Source: Gammaproteobacteria bacterium (GTDB taxonomy: Bacteria > Pseudomonadota > Gammaproteobacteria > UBA1113). From it: 34,025 nucleotides of DNA. Shown one piece after another: positions 16,389 through 25,100 of the stretch. The position numbers and the translations under genes are program-made. The stretch's first letter is position 1. Each line of letters starts with the position of its first letter. The notes under the pieces were generated by a model. That model was not told where the DNA came from and searched no databases. It saw only the letters and a program-made list of their open reading frames with translations. The stretch covers positions 1 through 34,025 of the forward strand of contig JBIPMB010000002.1 of the NCBI GenBank assembly GCA_044369355.1, in the 5' to 3' direction.

Positions 16389-18281
16389 CTACAATTGGCT
16401 GGCTACAATTTTTTTAAGCCGCTCTATATCGGTTTTTCCAATGACGGTCAAATAAGAAGGAACATCACCTGCTCCAAAAGCCTCACCCGATAGTAAGTAT
16501 AAATGCTGATATCCTCGAGCATGCAATTCTTTGGCTACGTCTAAACCTTTTAAGTCGGAAGTGGCGTAATGATTATCCAGAAAAATTTTAGTGTCTTTTG
16601 GATATTTATCTACATTATTTAGAAAATTCTCCGGATCACGGTATTCCTCCGTGTTGTGAGTAGCAAAAATATGCAACACCAACATATTGACGAAAGTTCT
16701 ATCATCGTCCACAATAACCGCGTCGATTTTTTCTGCCTCAACATTTTCTGTACCTTGCTCATCAGCCGCAGTAATTTTAATCAAAATTTCAGAAGCCAAT
16801 TGCTTAGGTAGAATTTTGGTGTCAATCTTCGCTGCCTGTGCTTGGATCAATGGATCAGCATAATGGCTAGTGACCAACATAGATCGCTTTATTTTACTCT
16901 GGGAAATGATGTGCAAACCATTTAGTTCTTGCGTGAGTAATTCATAGTCTGACAGCAGAAAAACACTCTCTTTTTCAGTTGGCGCCAAAGCCTGGATAAA
17001 TTCCAATGCTTCACGTCCTTGTTGAAAATGTTTAAGTTGTATTGAAGCATCCTGGCTTAAAATGCTGTCAAACCTAACCCGCCATGCACCGTGTATAGAA
17101 GTATCATCATCTAGAATAACAACAATGTCATTCGGTCTCAAGGTTATTTCTTCAGCAATCCAGTGAGGTGCTGTGGCCCTAGGAAAAATCAATGTTATGT
17201 TAGTACCCTTACCCGGTTCAGATGCAATATGCAATTCGCCCTGATTGTGATCCAGCGTTTCCCACACTTGGGTTAAGCCTAAGCCGTGTCCTGACTTCTT
17301 CCCTTCTGTTACAGCGGTTTTATGCATGATTTTGTCAATCAATTCGGCAGACATGCCTTTGCCCGTATCTTGAATGATAATCCTGACCCATTCATTATCG
17401 GTTTCTAGTTGTAAATCTACTTTTCCGACTTGACCATCCAGAGCATCCACCGCATTATTGATTATGTTTGATAACATGCGCTTGAAAGCACTAGACTGTG
17501 TTTTAATAAACGCAAAATGGGTATTGGCTTCAAAGTGATAGTCGAATTTAACCGCCAGTTTATCGTATTGATACTTTTTGGCACTTAAGGTTTCCAATAA
17601 AACAGTAGATACTAAAATAGGGTGACGTTCTTCGTATTCACTTATTTCAGCGTTGTCTTTTTTCTGATATTGATGCAATAAATGATTGGCAATATCGCCT
17701 ATACCTATCGCTGCTTCTCTCAGCGCAATACGGCTGCCTTCTGGAAGTTGTACGCATTCTTTGATGATCACTAGTAAACTACCCAAGGGGGAACGTATAT
17801 CGTGTGCCACTTGATTGGCTAATTGGGTAAATTTTTCTTGTTGTTTTTCAAAAGCTTTGTGCTTTTCGCTTTCAACCCGTAAATTTTCAGCTTCTTTCTT
17901 ATCTGTAATTTCTATTGCAGTGCAGATAGTTCCTACCACATTACCGTTGTTGCCAAATAATGGCGCTCTGACCGTTTCATAGTACCTAAATTTACCAGTT
18001 GCTACATCTACAATTTTTTCTTCGATTTTTATTGGAGTATTATTTTTTAAAACCATGCCAACTATATCAGTTAATTCATCAGCGATTTCTTTAGGATAAT
18101 AATCATGATATGTTTTACCAACTAGCACCTCTTTTATGCTGGTTCCACTGCTGCCTATAGCCTCCAGGCATAAGTCATTACCCCCTAAAATTATGTAATT
18201 TATATCTAACCAATAAATTGGAATAGGTATCAATGGGGCGATACGATCTAACTCTTCAAATATTTTATCTCTTTTAAACAT
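16389..18281 (-). CDS. Cytoplasmic hybrid sensor histidine kinase: PAS, HisKA, HATPase_c and two receiver-like domains
   Basis: PAS-like N-terminus with no TM segment; H-box QVAHDIRSPL (about 17786-17810); N-box NIINNAVDAL; G-boxes DTGKGM and GHGLGL. Two REC-like modules follow (VILDDD...LLSDYEL and VIVDDD...IFLDNHY). AGGAG lies 6 nt upstream of the ATG, and the gene starts 25 nt after the NRPS stop. Confidence 0.85.
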   Translation of the reverse strand: MFKRDKIFEELDRIAPLIPIPIYWLDINYIILGGNDLCLEAIGSSGTSIKEVLVGKTYHDYYPKEIADELTDIVGMVLKNNTPIKIEEKIVDVATGKFRYYETVRAPLFGNNGNVVGTICTAIEITDKKEAENLRVESEKHKAFEKQQEKFTQLANQVAHDIRSPLGSLLVIIKECVQLPEGSRIALREAAIGIGDIANHLLHQYQKKDNAEISEYEERHPILVSTVLLETLSAKKYQYDKLAVKFDYHFEANTHFAFIKTQSSAFKRMLSNIINNAVDALDGQVGKVDLQLETDNEWVRIIIQDTGKGMSAELIDKIMHKTAVTEGKKSGHGLGLTQVWETLDHNQGELHIASEPGKGTNITLIFPRATAPHWIAEEITLRPNDIVVILDDDTSIHGAWRVRFDSILSQDASIQLKHFQQGREALEFIQALAPTEKESVFLLSDYELLTQELNGLHIISQSKIKRSMLVTSHYADPLIQAQAAKIDTKILPKQLASEILIKITAADEQGTENVEAEKIDAVIVDDDRTFVNMLVLHIFATHNTEEYRDPENFLNNVDKYPKDTKIFLDNHYATSDLKGLDVAKELHARGYQHLYLLSGEAFGAGDVPSYLTVIGKTDIERLKKIVASQL

Positions 18282-18306
18282 TAGTTTCTCCTATCCTTAT
18301 ATAATC

Positions 18307-21300
18307 TTATGCATAATCCACTTCAACACTTTCAATTATGTTGGACAACATTTTACTAGTAATATTCGGCCATTGAAAATTTAGCTGATTTAATATGTAA
18401 TTTGTTTTATCTTGAAAAATAACTACCTTAGCTAAATTCTTTATATTGGGTCGTAGCCACCCTTGATGCAGCATAAATAACTCGATTCGATTCGTGTTAT
18501 GGCTATTTTTTAGTTTTATTAAAATATCATCAATAAACTCAGCAAATGATATTTGTTTAATATTATTTCTATACGGATGTAGTAGGGTATATAAATTAGA
18601 CTTCTCGGGATGAAATACATGATATATTTGATTGTATAATCTTTTCTGATTAAATAATGTTATAATTGCGGCCGCGGTATAGTCAACGGGAGAGATCTCT
18701 ATTTCACGTAATTCTTGAGGAATTATGCCTAATTCTAGTATTGCTTTGACACATTGAATGAATGCATTATCTTCTATATTTTCTTGCGCTTTATGCGTTA
18801 CTGAATTAATAGCAATATTACCTATACGGTATATATTAGCTTTAACCCCATGTTCTCTATACTTAAGGACAGCTTCCTCTCCTTCATATTTAGTTTTGGT
18901 ATAAATGTTGTCTAAATTAGCATGAACATTATCTATAATATTTTCAGTGAAAATATTATAATCTTGATTTGAAATGCATGTATTTGCAAATACACCTATG
19001 GTAGAAACATAGTGGAAATCTTTACGGGTTGTTTTAGCCAGTTCAAGCAAATTAATGGTTGATTGTACATTGGCTTGATAAAAATCAATATATTCCCCAT
19101 AATGTTTAACCAAAGCTGCGCAATGAATAATGCTGTCAACATTACCTACTAAATTCTGATATGTCAATTCATCCAGCCCTAAATTAATCTGCGCAATATC
19201 AGATTTTAAAACAGTTAACCTATGTTTGTAATCATTTAAATTTACGCCAAAGTAATATTTAAATTTATTGTTAACTCGTTCATAAGCAGTTATATGTTCG
19301 GAAATTCTTACTAATAAGTATATCGTATGCTTGGTTTCTAGCAATAACTGATGCAAAATATGACAGCCTAAATATCCAGTAGCCCCGGTTAATAATATTT
19401 TACAAGCAGGCCTAGTTTCATTTTCAAATTCAAAAAGTTTAGCTTGTATTTGATATTGAGTTCGTTCATCTTCTATTGTTATATTATTATCTTCGTTGCC
19501 AGAATCCAATTTGGAATAGATTAATTTAATTTCTTCAAGTTTATCCACTAAATTAAAGTTGGCAGCTGAAGAAAGCTCAGCAAGTTTGGCTGGCGTCTTA
19601 AGTTCAAATATATTATTTAGCGTAATATTAAAGTAACGTTGTAATTTGAATAATAGTCTTATAGCCAATATGGAGTTACCACCCCATTTAAAAAAACTGT
19701 CGTTAATACCAATTTTCTTTACCGCCACCCCTAAAACATCCGCATAAATCGTACATATTCTTTGTTCTGATTCATTTCTTGGGCCTATATAATCATCTGT
19801 ATTGGCAATAGATTGCGGTTGAGGAAGTAATTTTATATCTAATTTGCCATTCCTAGTTAATGGGAATTCCTTCAGCCAAACAAAAGCATTTGGAACCATA
19901 TATTCAGGTAATTCGGATGCTAAATATGTTAGGATTAAATTTTCAGCTAATTTTGTGTCAGATATGTAATAAGCAACTAAGCGTTGCGTATTTCTACCTT
20001 TGATATCAGTTTGATCTTGGCATAATACCAAGGCTTGTTTTATTTCTGGATAGTTCGATAACGTAGTTTCTATTTCGTTTAACTCTATTCTTAAACCACG
20101 TATTTTTATTTGGCTGTCATTACGCCCTATGTATTCAACATTTCCATCAGGTAGATAACGAACTAAATCGCCCGTTTTATATAATCTACTATTTTTACCA
20201 CATTGCTTTTCTTTTTCAGTTTGAAATGGATTAGGTATAAACTTTTCAGCCGTTAATTGTGGTAGATTTAAATAACCTCTGGCTAAACCCACGCCGCCAA
20301 TATACAACTCACCTATCGCACCAATTGGAACTGGTTTTAAATGACTATCTAGAGCATATAGTGTAGATTGCTCCAATGGATAACCTATTGTAGTAAGTTT
20401 ATCGTGAGTTATTCGCTGATTTTTAAAGTCAGTAATGTCGTAACTTACTTCTCCGGCCTCAGTTGGCCCATAATAATTGATATATTTTATATCGATATTC
20501 TTGTCAACTAGTGACTTTCTAAACTTTTCCCCACTTAGATTTATTGTTTTTAATCTATTAAATATATCTTCTTTTTTAGGGTAACTCTGTATTACCTCTA
20601 ATTGAGAGGGAACAAAATGACAAAAGTTTATATTATTTCTCGTAATTAAGCTATTGATTTCATCTACATCAAATACGGATTTAGTAATATAAAGTGATGC
20701 TCCAGATAGTAAAGTCATAAATATATCGGAAAAAGATACGTCAAAAGTGTAATTGGTTTTAAATAGATATTTATCTCTGCTATTTATACCGTTTTTTTCG
20801 TTCATAGACATTATTCTAATAGTGGCGCCACAATGTTCTATCATAACTCCTTTGGGATTGCCGGTGGTGCCACTAGTATACATGACATAAACCAAATTCT
20901 TACTGGTTATATTTAATTTAGGATTATCTTTTATCTGTTGTTTTAGTTTATATTGTGTCTCATAGCTGTCTATAGACAAAATGTCTGTATAATGACTGGA
21001 TGTAGACTTGGTAAGTATATTATTGTAATGGCAATCATTTGTGATAACTACTTTTGCTTTTATATCTTCTAGTATATAGCGGATCCTTTTTTCAGGATAT
21101 GCCGGATCGATAGGTACGTAAGCAGCGCCAGCCTTCAGTATTGCTAATATGGCTATTAACATATATTGGCTTCGATTTAAGTGCAATGCAATTAAATCAT
21201 CGCCTTTAAGGTTGTAGTTAATTCTTAAATAATGAGCCAGTTGATTTGATTGCTCGTTTAATTCAGCATATGTTAATTTAATGCCTTCGTAAACGACAGC

Positions 21301-22698
21301 GATATTATTTGGTGTTTTGTCTACTTGGGCTTCAAATAATTCTTGGATAGTTTTGCTGGCTTTATAATACTCGTTAGTTTTATTCCAGCCATATACAATC
21401 TGGTTGTATTCCAACTTACTTAACACGGAATATTCATCTATCAGCTTATTGGTTATATTAGCACTTAAATCGTCCAAAATAGTTAAAAATATTTGTTCAT
21501 AATGGCGTATAAATTTTGTTAAAACATCTTCATCTATTTTTAATGTATTATATCTCACCCTAAAATTCGGTATATTCTCCAACATTTCTAGTTCGAAAAT
21601 AATTTTTACTGGCAAATCTATGTTAAATTCAGCATTTATTTTAAGTGTTTTTACATCAAGAAAATCAAAAGCCATATTTTTTAGATTTGTTTGAGCAAAC
21701 ATGATAGCCAATAAATCATTATTTACATTATGCATAATCTTATTTATCGGGTAATGGCTTGCATTTTGCCCCATAGACTTGATTGATTGGATAAAATCTT
21801 TATCTTGTTTAAACAAATCAATTATTCTTGCTGTAGCACTAAATTCATAAACATTAATGTTTGTATTAATCTGTGCGCCAGAGATTAAAGGTATGCCGCC
21901 TTTAATCGCTATAGGATAACTAAGCCCAATTTTATTGTTCCCAGTATACTTGTGCAGTAATATGGCCAATATACATTTGCTATAACTATATACTGTAGCG
22001 CCAAATTTTTTAGTTGTGTTAAGGAGTTTTTCAGTTATTTCTTGTGTAAGCTTAAATCTATATTCTTTAATATTACTTATATTGCTTTCAGATTTAACCC
22101 ATCTAAGATCAACCGATTCAACATCATTTAAGTATTTCCTCCAAAAAGGTTGATAAATACCATCATATTTTTCTAATTGTTTCTCAAGCAAGTCAGTGGT
22201 ATCTATTAGCATATTTTCTTGTTGCGACATAGTATAAGCTAATTTATATGAGGGTGAATTATAATAATTAGAGATTTCAGAGATTAGGGTATTGAATGAA
22301 CCCCCATCAATCAATAAATGATGCAGTACTAAGATAAATCTAAAGTTTCCACTAGCTTCAGTAAATAAAGCAAACCGGTATAAAGCTTTGGTTTCAATTT
22401 CAAATGGCACAGATACATAATTTAAAATTTGCTCTCGGGTATGAGGATATTTAAAATATTCAAGTTTAGGTATTTCTGTATTTTTTATCCAATACAACTT
22501 ATCTTCTATCTGTATGACATGGCTGTTTATAATTAAATAATCTGATGCAAATCGGTAAAGTGCACACTCTAATCGATTTACATCTAAATTAGCAGATAAA
22601 ACTTGATCAAATACTATATTGTATCGACTATTAGAAGGATCAAGTTTCCATTCATTATAAAATATTGTATGGTACGGCGATAGCTTTATCGTGTACAT
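18307..22698 (-). CDS. Single-module nonribosomal peptide synthetase, domain order C-A-T(PCP)-R (terminal thioester reductase)
   Basis: C domain HHLLIDGGS (about 22303-22326). A-domain cores are LTYAELN, LKAGAAYVPID, YTSGTTGNPKG (about 20849-20878), FDVS, NYYGPTE, GELYIGGVGLARGY, YKTGDL and NGKLD. PCP motif FFKWGGNSI (about 19672-19686). R domain LLTGATGYLGCHIL (about 19369-19390) and YTKTK. Confidence 0.92.
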   Translation of the reverse strand: MYTIKLSPYHTIFYNEWKLDPSNSRYNIVFDQVLSANLDVNRLECALYRFASDYLIINSHVIQIEDKLYWIKNTEIPKLEYFKYPHTREQILNYVSVPFEIETKALYRFALFTEASGNFRFILVLHHLLIDGGSFNTLISEISNYYNSPSYKLAYTMSQQENMLIDTTDLLEKQLEKYDGIYQPFWRKYLNDVESVDLRWVKSESNISNIKEYRFKLTQEITEKLLNTTKKFGATVYSYSKCILAILLHKYTGNNKIGLSYPIAIKGGIPLISGAQINTNINVYEFSATARIIDLFKQDKDFIQSIKSMGQNASHYPINKIMHNVNNDLLAIMFAQTNLKNMAFDFLDVKTLKINAEFNIDLPVKIIFELEMLENIPNFRVRYNTLKIDEDVLTKFIRHYEQIFLTILDDLSANITNKLIDEYSVLSKLEYNQIVYGWNKTNEYYKASKTIQELFEAQVDKTPNNIAVVYEGIKLTYAELNEQSNQLAHYLRINYNLKGDDLIALHLNRSQYMLIAILAILKAGAAYVPIDPAYPEKRIRYILEDIKAKVVITNDCHYNNILTKSTSSHYTDILSIDSYETQYKLKQQIKDNPKLNITSKNLVYVMYTSGTTGNPKGVMIEHCGATIRIMSMNEKNGINSRDKYLFKTNYTFDVSFSDIFMTLLSGASLYITKSVFDVDEINSLITRNNINFCHFVPSQLEVIQSYPKKEDIFNRLKTINLSGEKFRKSLVDKNIDIKYINYYGPTEAGEVSYDITDFKNQRITHDKLTTIGYPLEQSTLYALDSHLKPVPIGAIGELYIGGVGLARGYLNLPQLTAEKFIPNPFQTEKEKQCGKNSRLYKTGDLVRYLPDGNVEYIGRNDSQIKIRGLRIELNEIETTLSNYPEIKQALVLCQDQTDIKGRNTQRLVAYYISDTKLAENLILTYLASELPEYMVPNAFVWLKEFPLTRNGKLDIKLLPQPQSIANTDDYIGPRNESEQRICTIYADVLGVAVKKIGINDSFFKWGGNSILAIRLLFKLQRYFNITLNNIFELKTPAKLAELSSAANFNLVDKLEEIKLIYSKLDSGNEDNNITIEDERTQYQIQAKLFEFENETRPACKILLTGATGYLGCHILHQLLLETKHTIYLLVRISEHITAYERVNNKFKYYFGVNLNDYKHRLTVLKSDIAQINLGLDELTYQNLVGNVDSIIHCAALVKHYGEYIDFYQANVQSTINLLELAKTTRKDFHYVSTIGVFANTCISNQDYNIFTENIIDNVHANLDNIYTKTKYEGEEAVLKYREHGVKANIYRIGNIAINSVTHKAQENIEDNAFIQCVKAILELGIIPQELREIEISPVDYTAAAIITLFNQKRLYNQIYHVFHPEKSNLYTLLHPYRNNIKQISFAEFIDDILIKLKNSHNTNRIELFMLHQGWLRPNIKNLAKVVIFQDKTNYILNQLNFQWPNITSKMLSNIIESVEVDYA

Positions 22699-22743
22699 TG
22701 TTAATTACGCACAATATGTTTTTTTAACATTTAAAATATATCC

Positions 22744-23733
22744 TCATTGCTCGGACAATTTAGCAAAGGATTCAGGGAGTAAATCGCCGTGTGCAAAATT
22801 GAGAGATATGTGTTGCTCGATTTGTAATAATTCTGCGGAAGAAAGATTCAAATCAGCAGCATTAACGTTTTCTTCCAAATGCGCGACTTGTTTTGTACCC
22901 GCGATAGCGACTACATTATCAGCTTGATTTAGAACCCAAGCCAATGCAATCTGACCAGGGGTTACGCCTTGATTATGTCCTATATCTCTTAATACAGATA
23001 TCATCTGCAAATTGTGTTTGATATTTTCAGGTTGAAATCGCGGTAAAACTCTGCGTAAATCATCTTTTTCTAAAGTATCTAAGCTCGCTATAGTCCCGGT
23101 AAAAAAACCTTTGCCCATAGGTCCATGCGCCACAAAGCCAATGTTAAGCGATTGACACAGAGGAATGATTTCTTCTTCAGGTTTCCTGTGCCATAGAGAA
23201 TATTCGGATTGAATTGCGGTTAAAGGATGAATACTATGTGCTTTGGCAATGGTCTTTGCAGAAACTTCAGATAAACCTATATGGCGTACTTTACCTTCTG
23301 CGACCAGTTCAGATAAAGCGCCTACGCTTTCTTCGATGGGTGTATTGGGATCCACTCTATGTAAATACAGTAAATCTAGATAATCGACTTCTAGACGTTT
23401 TAAAGTTGCTATACACGCGTCTTTAATATACTTTGGGTTTCCATTCACACCTAAGACTTCGCCAGTTTCAGAACTTCTCACCAGACCACACTTGCTGGCA
23501 ATCACAACTTTATCTCTAAATCCTTTAATGGCGCCTGCCAACAATCGTTCATTATGCCCTAAGCCATAGCAATCTGCAGTATCAAAATGGGTTACTCCCA
23601 ATTCGAAAGCTCGGTGTATCGTTTTAACGGATTCTAGATCGTTGGTTTTACCATAGTATTCAGACATTCCCATACAGCCTAATCCAAGATTAGAAATTTG
23701 TAATTTTTTTATGCCTAAAGTTTTATTTTTCAT
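22744..23733 (-). CDS. Aldo-keto reductase (NADPH-dependent oxidoreductase, Tas/YajO-like)
   Basis: LGLGCMGMS, FDTADCYG, the catalytic Asp/Tyr/Lys/His context (D..Y, ASKCG, LYLHRVD) and IAGTKQVAHLEEN. The ATG at 23733 (MKNKTLGIKKLQIS) gives the canonical AKR N-terminus, whereas the ORF track extends 47 aa further to 23874. The gene ends 45 nt upstream of the NRPS start. Confidence 0.85.
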   Translation of the reverse strand: MKNKTLGIKKLQISNLGLGCMGMSEYYGKTNDLESVKTIHRAFELGVTHFDTADCYGLGHNERLLAGAIKGFRDKVVIASKCGLVRSSETGEVLGVNGNPKYIKDACIATLKRLEVDYLDLLYLHRVDPNTPIEESVGALSELVAEGKVRHIGLSEVSAKTIAKAHSIHPLTAIQSEYSLWHRKPEEEIIPLCQSLNIGFVAHGPMGKGFFTGTIASLDTLEKDDLRRVLPRFQPENIKHNLQMISVLRDIGHNQGVTPGQIALAWVLNQADNVVAIAGTKQVAHLEENVNAADLNLSSAELLQIEQHISLNFAHGDLLPESFAKLSEQ

Positions 23734-24121
23734 AATAATTTCCACAAAGCGTAAAATATCTTTGTTTAACCATTGATTATCTATACCATTATACTTCAAG
23801 ATGTGAATTAAACTAACCGTGATGTTATATTCCACAGGATAGTTCGGTCTGCTCACGAGCCAATTTACATGCATTTTTAAGTATAATCGTATTAATACTA
23901 ACGGTACCTTGCTTTATATATGCCGAGTCTACACTAATTTTAATTTTTTATCTAGCAAATCAGCCATCATAATCACACTGTGTTAATGCCGTATTAATGC
24001 TTTTTATATTTTGACAAGATTTCAGCTTGCACAAGCATACTATTCATCTATATACTCGGCGCTGCGTATGAGCTAACGCGGGCCGGAGACATAGAAGCTC
24101 AATTCAGAGGAGTATACACAC

Positions 24122-24931
24122 ATGGTCGAAACAATACCTACCCCAAAGACAGATGTTACATCAGATGAAAAGCAGTTGGAGTATGAACAAAAATTAGCAA
24201 CGGCTTCAGCCATAGTAAGGAGTATTGCGCATGAACTGAACACACCACTCTCCGCTATAGACATGGGAGTCAAGGGTGCAAAAAACTATTTTTTAGTGCT
24301 GTTAGAAAATTATCAACTGGCGAAAAAGAATAATTTACCTGGACTAAAACTCATTCCGCCTAAGCATTTCGAAGTATTATCTACTTTATTTGACGATCTA
24401 GAGAGAGAGGTCGATTTTAGTAAGCTTTTTATAAAAATCCTCATTCAAAATATGAAGCGGGATCTAACCCAAGAAGACAGCAAGAAAGTGCAAAATATAT
24501 ACACTTGCATAGAAGAAGCATTGCTACAGTACCCTTTTGCGTATAGAGAAGAAAGTCTAGTCCATTGGGATTCCAAGAAGAGCTTTTCCTTTATTGGTTC
24601 TGATTTTCTCATTATATATGTTTTATTTAATCTTTTAAAAAATTCTCTTTATCAAATAGCAAAAGCGGGCAAAGGTCGGATTCAGTTGTGGCAAACTATT
24701 GAGCATAATGCCAATGTTTTACATTTCAAGGATACCGCTACCGGGATTCCAGAAGATATAAAAAGCACCTTATTTCAACCCTTTGCAAGTAACCGCCAGC
24801 ATGGTATCGGCTTAGGGTTGGCTTTCTGCAATAAGGTAATGCAAAAACTAGGCGGGAGTATTGAGTGTTGCTCTGTTGAGGGAGAATATACTGAATTTTT
24901 GCTCTATTTCCCGCCAATTAAGAAACCATAA
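24122..24931 (+). CDS. Small soluble histidine kinase (HisKA plus HATPase_c only; no TM or recognisable sensor domain)
   Basis: H-box SIAHELNTPLSAI, N-box LFNLLKNSLYQI, G1 DTATGIP, G2 HGIGLGLAFC; GAGGAG Shine-Dalgarno sequence. It is divergent from the AKR-NRPS-kinase operon. Confidence 0.8.
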   Translation: MVETIPTPKTDVTSDEKQLEYEQKLATASAIVRSIAHELNTPLSAIDMGVKGAKNYFLVLLENYQLAKKNNLPGLKLIPPKHFEVLSTLFDDLEREVDFSKLFIKILIQNMKRDLTQEDSKKVQNIYTCIEEALLQYPFAYREESLVHWDSKKSFSFIGSDFLIIYVLFNLLKNSLYQIAKAGKGRIQLWQTIEHNANVLHFKDTATGIPEDIKSTLFQPFASNRQHGIGLGLAFCNKVMQKLGGSIECCSVEGEYTEFLLYFPPIKKP

Positions 24932-24936
24932 GGTTG

Positions 24937-25099
24937 AGGGACTGTTGACAATTGGTTTGTCGGCTGCAAAATGAGTAAAAAAAGTCCAAATATTAGCAAA
25001 TTTTTGTCAAATATTGCCCGATATTCTCCTCAAATTTGCTAATATTTTGCCTGGCTTTCCTCATTTTTCGCTTCGACAAACCAATTGTCAACAGTCCCT
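24937..25099. repeat. 163-bp long imperfect palindrome with perfect 26-bp terminal inverted repeats (MITE-like element or giant terminator hairpin)
   Basis: agggactgttgacaattggtttgtcg (24937-24962) is the exact reverse complement of 25074-25099. Inner blocks aaaatgag and aaatattagcaaattt also pair. It starts 6 nt after the kinase stop codon. Confidence 0.8.
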
Positions 25100-25100
25100 A

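Noticed and set aside
23734-23874. 47-aa N-terminal extension of the aldo-keto reductase ORF
   Set aside because: The extension (MHVNWLVSRPNYPVEYN...) has no AKR counterpart. The internal ATG at 23733 yields the canonical MK..LG...LS.LGLGCMGMS start, so the extension is treated as 5' UTR or promoter region.
24011-24043. TTGACA at 24011-24016 as a promoter for the small histidine kinase
   Set aside because: The best -10-like hexamers (CATACT and TACTAT) are 19-21 nt away, which is poor spacing, so the support is too weak to annotate.
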